Assembly: GCA_963771075.1 (NCBI GenBank)
Contig: CAVYSE010000026.1
Location: forward strand, 32,001 to 96,000
DNA: 64,000 nt
DNA from: a candidate division FCPU426 bacterium
GTDB taxonomy: Bacteria; Oederibacteriota; Muellerivitia; Muellerivitales; Muellerivitaceae
Reading direction: 5' to 3'
This document shows positions 42,393 to 49,617 of this stretch, piece after piece. Position 1 is the first letter of the stretch. Each line of letters opens with the position of its first letter. The notes under the pieces were generated by a model that worked only from the letters and a program-made list of their open reading frames with translations, was not told where the DNA came from and searched no databases. The translations under genes were made by a program, and so were the position numbers.

Positions 42393-42962
42393 TTATTTGG
42401 CCATTTTTTGTTTGAGCTCGTCGACGAATACTTGAGCTTTTTTATTTCCGTGATTGGCGGCCTTCTGAAACCATTCCATCGCTTCTTGCTCGTCCTTTGA
42501 GACTCCAAGACCCTGGTAATATAAAAGACCTATATTTCCTTCCGCATCAGAGTTTCCTTGGATAGCGGCCATTCGAAAATACTTCAACGCTTCTTGGTAA
42601 TCCTGGGTTGTTCCATGTCCAGTTAAATAAAGACCGCCAAGCGAGTTTTCGGCTTCCGGGTTTCCTTGCGCAGCTGATTTTTGATACCACTCGATGGCTT
42701 TTTGATAATCTTGATTAACCCCTTTTCCGCTTTCATACATGAAGCCAATAGCGTTTTCGGCTCTATCGTCCCCTTGTGTGGCGGCTTTTAGAAACCAATT
42801 CATAGCCTGTTGATGGTCTTGAGCGATCCCATTTCCCCCGGCATAAGCCAAGCCAATATTGAACTGGGCTTTACGGTTCCCCTGATTTGCGGCTTTTAAA
42901 TTCCATTGGAAGGCTTTTACATCATCTTCATGAACTCCATGACCCTTACTGTAAAGACCTGC
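42393..42962 (-). pseudogene. Sel1-repeat protein, 5'-truncated at the RAYT-like element end
   Basis: Sel1 repeats (G-x-GV-x-QD...KA-x-x-W-x-x-KAA-x-QG) continue upstream of the ORF-track start to ~42960, where the element terminus begins. Confidence 0.75.
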
Positions 42963-43037
42963 GAAACAACGGGGTCAAACAACGGGGTCACCTATGAAAA
43001 AGAATGTCCAGGCAAAAGCGTAGTATCACGGCCCCAA

Positions 43038-43180
43038 GTCCAACCTGAGTCTCAAAGGACTACAAGTCAGTCACCTATTCGCGGTTGTTTCACCGCACGA
43101 TAACGTTGGACCCGGCCGCTCAATCAGGCCAAGGACCTCAACTCTTGCGGGTTGTGTCAGACCCCGTCGGAGCTGGCCGG
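43038..43180 (-). ncRNA. Predicted bridge RNA (seekRNA) of the IS110 element
   Basis: Two stem-closed internal loops with guides ACGGGGUC/GGCCUGA (target) and GUUAUC/AUAGGUGA (donor junction). Confidence 0.8.
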
Positions 43181-44179
43181 GCAGTCCTCAAAAGCTTCCT
43201 TCTTTCGTAACATATGAAAGATGCTTTTCAGCATAGCCCTTGCTACTGCTATTCGTCCCGCGTTATTCCCATGCTTCTTCTTCACCCTCGTGTATAAGGT
43301 CCCATACCGTCGGGTTTTGCGAATGGCATGAAGCGAGTTCTCAACCAATATCCAGCGAATCCATTTAGAACCCTGTTTGGTGATGTGGCCGTTGTGGCTT
43401 TTTCCCCCTGATGCGTGAACACTGGGGACCAATCCACCATAAGAACATAGATGTTCCGCGTCCGGGAACCGGCGAATATCCCCAATCTCGCTCAAAATTA
43501 ATAAAGCCGAAAAGGCACCCACGCCTGGCATGGTCATCATCAGCTGGGCTTCCGGGCTTTCTGCTGCCATTTTCTTGATCACCTCTTCTGATTTGGCGAT
43601 CTCTTGGCCTAGTTCCCGGATTACTTCCATATATCCGTCCAGTTCCAAACGGTAGCAAGGCCGGGTACCTACCGTGGCAAGTTCGCGGAAGTTCTTTATT
43701 CCGAATCGGTTTTTAGTAACGGGTTCGATTCCCGCCTTGGTCATGACCGAAGTCATCCGGTTTTTGGCTTGTGTTCTCAATTGCACCAGGGAAGCCCGGT
43801 ACCTAAGGATTTCCCGTAAGTCGCGGATCTCTCGGGGTGGCACATAGGCTCGTGGCAGCAGATCCACCCGCAAAAGTTGAGCCAGGATTCCCGAATCAAT
43901 TTTATCCGTCTTGATCTTGGCCGAGGCTATGGCTTTGACCTTTTGGGGGTGGGCCAATACCAGGTTGGGGAATCGATCCTCGATGAGTTCGTAAAAGTGA
44001 TACCAATGACCTGTGGCTTCTACTACGACCTGGCTACTCACGGGTTGCTTCTTGAAATAAGCCTTTAAAGTATCCGCGTCGTTCTTCAGATCGACTTGTT
44101 CCAGCACCTTTCCTTTCTCATTCACTCTCGTGACGTAGGATGTTTTCTGGTGTAGGTCTACTCCGATATACTGTCCCAC
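43157..44179 (-). CDS. IS110-family DEDD recombinase/transposase
   Basis: IGVDLH, VEATG, KTDKID (DEDD RuvC-like domain); PGVG and HASGGK serine loop. Confidence 0.95.
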   Translation of the reverse strand: MGQYIGVDLHQKTSYVTRVNEKGKVLEQVDLKNDADTLKAYFKKQPVSSQVVVEATGHWYHFYELIEDRFPNLVLAHPQKVKAIASAKIKTDKIDSGILAQLLRVDLLPRAYVPPREIRDLREILRYRASLVQLRTQAKNRMTSVMTKAGIEPVTKNRFGIKNFRELATVGTRPCYRLELDGYMEVIRELGQEIAKSEEVIKKMAAESPEAQLMMTMPGVGAFSALLILSEIGDIRRFPDAEHLCSYGGLVPSVHASGGKSHNGHITKQGSKWIRWILVENSLHAIRKTRRYGTLYTRVKKKHGNNAGRIAVARAMLKSIFHMLRKKEAFEDCPASSDGV

Positions 44180-44421
44180 GGCTGCACCTCCTAAGCGTTT
44201 TGCACCACCTGCAAAGGTGAGTGCCTTTTCGACTCTGGGTTTATCCTAGAGCCTCGTCCCACTTAAGTGGAGACGCTCTACGCTTGGAGCTCTGCAGCCT
44301 TTTTCATGTTATCAGGTCTTAATTTTATATTATCTATCCGCGCTTTGAACCGCGTCTCTCCCTCCATCCGCTTCTTTATTATCGCTATCCGGTTCCCCAC
44401 GGCCGAATATTTTACACCAAA

Positions 44422-45261
44422 TTATTCCGCGATCTCTTTCAGGCCCAGGTGCGCTCTTTTTCGAAGTAGGTACATACCAACGTCCCTCGCCTCGTTGGCC
44501 TTGTGGAACTTAGTCGTGATTTCCTTTTCCTCAACCTTATATGCTTTCGAGACCTTTTGGATAACATCTTCCGCCGTACGTTTCTCGATCCGATGGTGTT
44601 TCATCGGTATTTCCGGGTCTTTCTTATCCAACAACCCCTTTAATTTCTCCTTTAGACCCTCACCCCCGTAATAAACCCCACCCTCCATCTTTTCCCATGG
44701 CGATTCCTTTTTTCGCAACCCTTCCAATACGAACTTCCGATAGGCTCTTTGGGCTTGCTTGGATTGCCTGCCAAATTGCCCCAATACCCAATCCACCTCA
44801 AACCAAGGTTCTTTCTTCTCGATCCCGGCCGTCGCCCGATAGCTGCTCCACTTCCATTTCCGGGGATGTTTCACCAACCGCGCTCTTACCGGGTTCAAGA
44901 CCACATATCGGCACAACTCCAACAAATGGGTTCCCTTTTCCACATGGATCGCCTTATAACGGCCTTGAAAGAGATGCCCTACCCGGTTATTCCGTCGATT
45001 GAATTTCTGGGTATAAACACCATTCAGGTGCCGTATGGCCCGTGACAAGTTGGCTTCCGGCGTCTCCACCAACAAGTGGTAATGATTATCCATCAATACC
45101 CAGGCATGGCACATCACATGATGATCCTCCACGACTTGGGCCAATACCCACAAAAACAATTCCCGGTCCTTATCCGACCGGACAATGTTTTTCCGCTCGT
45201 TCCCCCGCGAGGTAACGTGATAAACAGCGCCTTCATAATGCACTCTTAACGGTCTAGCCAT
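44422..45261 (-). CDS. REP-associated-type tyrosine (Y1/HUH) transposase with DnaA-C-like HTH cut by a premature TAA
   Basis: MARPLR...YHVTSRGN, LMDNHYHLL, GHLFQGRY, RYVVLNPVRA, WSSY; HTH continues past the stop (EIAE*FGVKYSAV...). Confidence 0.88.
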   Translation of the reverse strand: MARPLRVHYEGAVYHVTSRGNERKNIVRSDKDRELFLWVLAQVVEDHHVMCHAWVLMDNHYHLLVETPEANLSRAIRHLNGVYTQKFNRRNNRVGHLFQGRYKAIHVEKGTHLLELCRYVVLNPVRARLVKHPRKWKWSSYRATAGIEKKEPWFEVDWVLGQFGRQSKQAQRAYRKFVLEGLRKKESPWEKMEGGVYYGGEGLKEKLKGLLDKKDPEIPMKHHRIEKRTAEDVIQKVSKAYKVEEKEITTKFHKANEARDVGMYLLRKRAHLGLKEIAE

Positions 45262-45377
45262 TTGCGGATCTTATCACAAAGATAATATAAAATGAAGACC
45301 TGACCCCGTTTCGTGACCCCGTTTCGCAAAATATGGATTCCATCGGCTAGAGAAAGGCATGCCTTTTCTTTAAAAAA

Positions 45378-45704
45378 TTAAACAGTAACCTTCCCACCGT
45401 GTTTAAATTTGAATCCAATCTCTAAATCTCCCCCGCAAGCTGTTGCGATGTTAGAAAGCAACGGTAACGAGGTATCGCGTTGATCTGTGCCACTTTCAAT
45501 TCGAGCAATCGCGCTTTGCGAGGTTTTAATCTTTTTAGCCAGACCCTGTTGACTCAAGCGAGCTCTCAATCGCGCCATTTTAACAATCTGGGCAATTTTA
45601 GATTTGGCTTTATTTTGCTCATAATAAAAACGAACCTCCGGATCTTTAATCAACTCTTTGAAAAAAGAGTCGGCGGATTCGTGGTATTTTTTGTTTGTCT
45701 TCAT
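45378..45704 (-). CDS. HigA-like XRE antitoxin
   Basis: LSQQGLAKKIKTSQSAIARIESG; overlaps the toxin stop. Confidence 0.85.
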   Translation of the reverse strand: MKTNKKYHESADSFFKELIKDPEVRFYYEQNKAKSKIAQIVKMARLRARLSQQGLAKKIKTSQSAIARIESGTDQRDTSLPLLSNIATACGGDLEIGFKFKHGGKVTV

Positions 45705-46033
45705 GGCAAGACCTCTTTCATTCTTTTTTCGGCTAACCAAAGGTCGTTCTTTGGCGTCTTTTGAGTCGTCTTTTTAAAAACGTGTAACCAGATCATAAAA
45801 TTTTTATCAACCAAAACGTAAGCAATCCTGAATCCTCCACTAGGCGCAGAAAACTTTATTTCCCAAAGTTTTCCACTCAAAGATCTAAAGATAACGTCAT
45901 GGCAGTTTAACCCTTTGTCTTTTATCCCTTCATAAACATCTACAAAGCGGGCCTGATTCACTTTGGATAAATCTAAAATATATTCTTTAACGGGTCGGCG
46001 CCCTGATGGGGTTTTGTAATAATCGATTTACAT
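45701..46033 (-). pseudogene. HigB/Gp49-like RelE toxin with TAA at codon 2
   Basis: Hand translation M*IDYYKTPSGRRPVKEYI...GKLWEIK...LHVFKKTTQKTP; stop at 46028-46030. Confidence 0.8.
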
Positions 46034-46039
46034 ATTTAG

Positions 46040-46067
46040 ATTATATCCAGTTGGATATTATTATCAA
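46040..46067 (-). promoter_or_regulatory. higBA promoter TTGATA-N16-TATAAT with operator ATATCCA-GT-TGGATAT; probably leaderless
   Basis: -10 element ends 6 nt before the ATG at 46033; palindrome 46043-46058. Confidence 0.65.
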
Positions 46068-46182
46068 TCCGGAAATTCATCAGGTCCTTGTTATGCTTAA
46101 TGGTTCGATCATTATATTTCGGTAAAGCTACAGGAAAAGGTTCAGAAAGTATTGAGGACCAGGTGCACTACTAAAATGCAGG

Positions 46183-46286
46183 TTTAGGGTTATCCACGAC
46201 CCCCAAAAGGGCCTTGGGGGTCGTCCACGATGGGTCCCCATTCGACGAGCTCATGGCAGGCCGTCGTGGACAAGCCGAACCCTAAA
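46183..46286. repeat. Island palindrome copy D with nested extra hairpins and outer TTTAGGGTT/AACCCTAAA arms
   Basis: GTCCACGATGGGTCCCC [ATTCGACGAGCTCATGGCAGG] CCGTCGTGGAC, preceded by ACGACCCCCAA-N7-TTGGGGGTCGT. Confidence 0.8.
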
Positions 46287-46319
46287 ATATCGAGACTGAT
46301 TTGCGTCATGGTTAGCCTA

Positions 46320-47282
46320 TCATCCCTTTTCGGTGTCAACACCAGATACCTTTACAACCGCCCGCCAAAGGGCGTCCTGATTTGCGCGATCATGAATATG
46401 TTCATGGCGCATGATCTCAATGGGACCTGTCATCTTTTTTGGGGGCGAGCAAAAGAACTTGCCAGAAACATCGACGCCAAACTTTGAGGCCGTGAGGTAT
46501 CTTTTGGCCCCTTCATCGACGGAATGTGACATTCCGGGAATAAGTTTCGAAATCCGCACAAATACGTTCTTCATAACAAAACCTAGATTGCGAGGCGCCA
46601 GGGTATCTGGAGCGGCTCCGGGTGAAACTGCGTATACGGCCAAGTCCGCGGGAAGCTTTCGAGCAAGGGCCGCGGCCCACCACGCGACAAATATTTTAGC
46701 ATCCGAGTAAGCCGTGCTAGCCTTGTATTTTACATTCGGGGAACTGCGCAAAATCGCTTCGATGGCTGAAACCCGGTCGCCTTTGTACTCTTTCGCGGCG
46801 AATGCCGCCAAGCCGGTAAATTGAAACATGGGTACATCACCTCGCGCGGGTTCCGCGCTGGCAATAACGATACGAGCATCCGGCGCCAGACGTCCGGCCT
46901 TTAAAAGGCCCAGGGTCAATTGATGATGACCGATCAGAGGCGCTTGCGACGCTTCAATGTTCTCACTTGTCACAACACGTTCTTTGCCTGGCATCATGCC
47001 AGCGTTCAGAAGGAGAAAATCTATGGGTTCGTCTTGGGCGTCTGGCTTTCCTAGCGAGGCGACCGCCTTCTTCACGCTTGCGAACGAATCCAGGTCGAGG
47101 GCAAGACCGGCGATATTTTTAGTTCCGGCATCGGTTTTTAACCTGCTAACGGCTTCATCCACTTTGGCCTGGCTACGTCCAGTGGCTATCACCTGACTCC
47201 AGCCATCCATGGCAAGCTGCTTGGCCGCCGAGTATCCTAAACCAGACGTAGCGCCGGTAACGAGCGCGACACCCTTTTTCAT
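46320..47282 (-). CDS. Short-chain dehydrogenase/reductase
   Basis: TGATSGLG, LNAG, YSDAK, VSPG. Confidence 0.9.
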   Translation of the reverse strand: MKKGVALVTGATSGLGYSAAKQLAMDGWSQVIATGRSQAKVDEAVSRLKTDAGTKNIAGLALDLDSFASVKKAVASLGKPDAQDEPIDFLLLNAGMMPGKERVVTSENIEASQAPLIGHHQLTLGLLKAGRLAPDARIVIASAEPARGDVPMFQFTGLAAFAAKEYKGDRVSAIEAILRSSPNVKYKASTAYSDAKIFVAWWAAALARKLPADLAVYAVSPGAAPDTLAPRNLGFVMKNVFVRISKLIPGMSHSVDEGAKRYLTASKFGVDVSGKFFCSPPKKMTGPIEIMRHEHIHDRANQDALWRAVVKVSGVDTEKG

Positions 47283-47330
47283 AGTTTGTCTCCTAAGTCT
47301 AAAATTGTGGGAATTTCACAAATCAATTAT

Positions 47331-47390
47331 TGTAGTATACGCTACAGAAAATCCAAACCGCTGTCAAGCGATATTGTTGCGGTTGCTACA
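47331..47390. promoter_or_regulatory. Two TetR-type operators, TGTAGTATACGCTACA and TGTTGCGGTTGCTACA
   Basis: Related 16-bp palindromes between the divergent SDR and tetR genes. Confidence 0.65.
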
Positions 47391-47430
47391 ATAAGATTGT
47401 CCAAAGTTTTTCGTGCGAGTAAAATGGGGC

Positions 47431-48018
47431 ATGAGTCGAAAAATAGAATTTAATTACGCTAATGCGGTGGATCGAGCGATGCGGGTCTTTTGGGGTGAGG
47501 GATACTCCGGCGCATCACTCAGAGACCTTCTCAAGGCGATGAAAATTGGGGAAGGCTCCTTCTACAATGCCGTCAAAAGCAAAAAGAAGCTCTACATCGA
47601 ATGCTTGAATCGATATGGAGAGGTCGAAGGCAATAAAAGAATTTTGGCCCTAACCTCAGCCCCGAATGCGCGTCTCGGACTGCGGGCTATGCTAAGCGCA
47701 ATGTTCGATTGTCTCGATGATCCGAAGAATCCGTCATCTCTTTGCATGATTGCGGCAATGATTTCCGGAGATGTCATGGCTGATAGCGAATTAAAGAAAG
47801 TCGCTATTGCCAGTGTCGATCAAGCTAAAAAGTTAATTGAAGATAAGATTGATGATGACAAAAAAGCTGGACGTCTTCCTAAAAGCTTTGACTCCCATAC
47901 AGTTGCTGGCGTCATAGTTACCTACTATCAAGGCATTTGGCGCATGGCCATGGTTTCATACAAAAGGGAACAGTTCGAGCGCGAATCAGAGGCATTTCTT
48001 CGAGGTTTGGGTCTTTAG
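47431..48018 (+). CDS. TetR-family regulator (NemR/ComR-like)
   Basis: AMRVFWGEGYSGASLRDLLKAMKIGEGSFYNAVKSKKKLY. Confidence 0.9.
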   Translation: MSRKIEFNYANAVDRAMRVFWGEGYSGASLRDLLKAMKIGEGSFYNAVKSKKKLYIECLNRYGEVEGNKRILALTSAPNARLGLRAMLSAMFDCLDDPKNPSSLCMIAAMISGDVMADSELKKVAIASVDQAKKLIEDKIDDDKKAGRLPKSFDSHTVAGVIVTYYQGIWRMAMVSYKREQFERESEAFLRGLGL

Positions 48019-48206
48019 GTTTGGAATTCCTGAATCACACTGATGCTCCAACTTCCAAGTCAGTCAGCAACACTTCGTCTACCGTTTCTTTGAAACGGTA
48101 GCGACCCAATCATGCACCTCGCCTAGTGGGCTCGGCGCAGGACGGGCTTATATAGCCCTTCGTCCGAAGTGAAACAAGAAAATTAGTACTAAAAGTCTTT
48201 TTTCTT

Positions 48207-48232
48207 GTCCACAAAGGGTCCCCGTCGTGGAC
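48207..48232. repeat. Island palindrome copy E
   Basis: GTCCACAAAGGGTCCCCGTCGTGGAC, extended by CTT/AAG arms. Confidence 0.85.
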
Positions 48233-48258
48233 AAGGTAAAACTGAGAATAGTATTATT

Positions 48259-48526
48259 TTAACCTTTTAAACGTCGGGCTCTTTTATTCCAGAAATAAGC
48301 AAAAGTAAATTTATATCCAACAAAGAAGAAGCGCAATCACAAAAGACTTAATCGAAAGAATTTCCTTATTGAAAATAAACACAAGCAAATAAAACAGGAG
48401 AGCAGCCTGTGTCCCGAAAAAAGGTGTGATTTTCAATAAAAGGGCATTATCAATAAATTGATCTTTTGGAGGTCGCATCTTAATTAAAGGCCACCAACCC
48501 CAATCCATGTCGGTAAGATTATTCAT
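48259..48526 (-). pseudogene. Small membrane protein, apparently frameshifted near 48311
   Basis: DWGWWPLIKMRP...; a second frame continues GYKFTFAYFWNKRARRLKG*. Confidence 0.5.
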
Positions 48527-49449
48527 TGAACCGAAAACATCCGGGGAAGGAAGATACCTTCATCCTCGATTTTTGGAACGAGCCGAACGAGATACAACGA
48601 TCTTTCCAACCCTATTACGAAGATTGCACGGTGGATGAACCGGCGGACGCCGACAAGCTTTATGAAGTCCAGGCCAAGCTGAATGACTACCAAATTTATT
48701 TCTTGTCTGAGGTCGAGAATTTCTGCAAAGTTTTTTACAAGAGCAAGACCATGCAGGAAACCCGCGACCATGCCCAATTGAACGCCTTCTTGGACCCGGC
48801 GGTGGAAAGGTTCAGGCAAAAAGAAGAGGAAACCCAAGAAATATTCAAGAAAGACCTAATCAGTTACCTGCGGCTTTATTCCTTCCTCGCCCAAATCATG
48901 CCTTTCCAGGATTCGGATTTGGAAAAGCTTTATGCCTATGGCCGGTTTTTGCTCCTCAAACTTCCCAAACGAACTACCGAACGTTACGCCTTTGGAGATG
49001 AAGTGGCCTTGAAATATTACCGGTTACAAAAGACCATGGAAGGAAGCGTCGCTTTAATCGCCCATGAGGGTGGGATCGTCTATGGGGCGGATGAGGTGGC
49101 TACGGGCCAAGAGAAGAATGAGAAGGTTGAGCTTTCCAAAATAATCGAAATATTGAATGAACGTTTTGGCACTGATTTCAAACCAGCCGACGCCCTTTTC
49201 CTTGAGCAGGTGAAAGAAGATGCGATTGCGAATGAAGAATTGATGAAAGTCGCCCACGCTAATAACGACATCAATAATTTCGGCCTTGTGTTCAAAAAGG
49301 TCTTGGAAGGCTTTTTCGTGGAACGCATGGACCAGAACCAGGAAATCTTTGAGAAGTTTATGGAGAACAACGAATTCCAGAAATTGGTCACGGATTATTT
49401 GATGAAGCAAGTTTATGACGGTATTCGGACAAAAGAAAAAAGTATTTAA
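48526..49449 (+). pseudogene. hsdR: C-terminal fragment of a type I restriction enzyme R subunit
   Basis: Begins mid-motif at LNRKHPGKEDTFILDF...FQPYY; LSKIIEILNERFGTDF; nuclease and most helicase domains absent. Confidence 0.8.
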
Positions 49450-49617
49450 TCGAACTCGAATATTAAAAAGGGGTCGCCATTTTCCACTTTGCGAATAAAT
49501 GAAATCCAAATTGAATCTTTTCGGGTAGTATTTCTATTCGTCTAAATTGAAAGATTAAAACCTATTCGGGCGGGTGTCCTATGCCATTCAAACCAAACCA
49601 GGGATACGGGACACTAC

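Larger units (their letters stand above)
42988..44314 (-). mobile_element. IS110-family (IS1111-group) insertion sequence
   Basis: TCA core at both junctions (42988-42990, 44312-44314); sub-terminal IRs ATGAAAAAG 42994-43002 and CTTTTTCAT 44299-44307; non-coding region downstream of the transposase. Confidence 0.9.
42960..45328 (-). mobile_element. RAYT-like Y1 (HUH) transposase element with ~30-bp inverted ends; left end interrupted by IS110
   Basis: Reconstructed left end AACGGGGTCA|GGTCTTAATTTTATATTATC is the reverse complement of 45281-45310 with one mismatch; both ends finish in TGCGAAAC. Confidence 0.75.

Noticed and set aside
41469..46030. TAA stop-codon reassignment explaining the in-frame stops
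   Set aside because: TAA ends many intact genes in the same window (e.g. 5706, 19319, 36999, 53276)
41016..48235. CRISPR array made of the 26-bp palindromes
   Set aside because: Copies are 0.6-3.9 kb apart and separated by whole genes; no cas genes in view
41016..48235. Canonical integron with attC sites
   Set aside because: No intI in the window and no consistent R''/L''/L'/R' boxes; only isolated hints such as GGCTAAC after the SDR stop. Kept as an atypical array instead.
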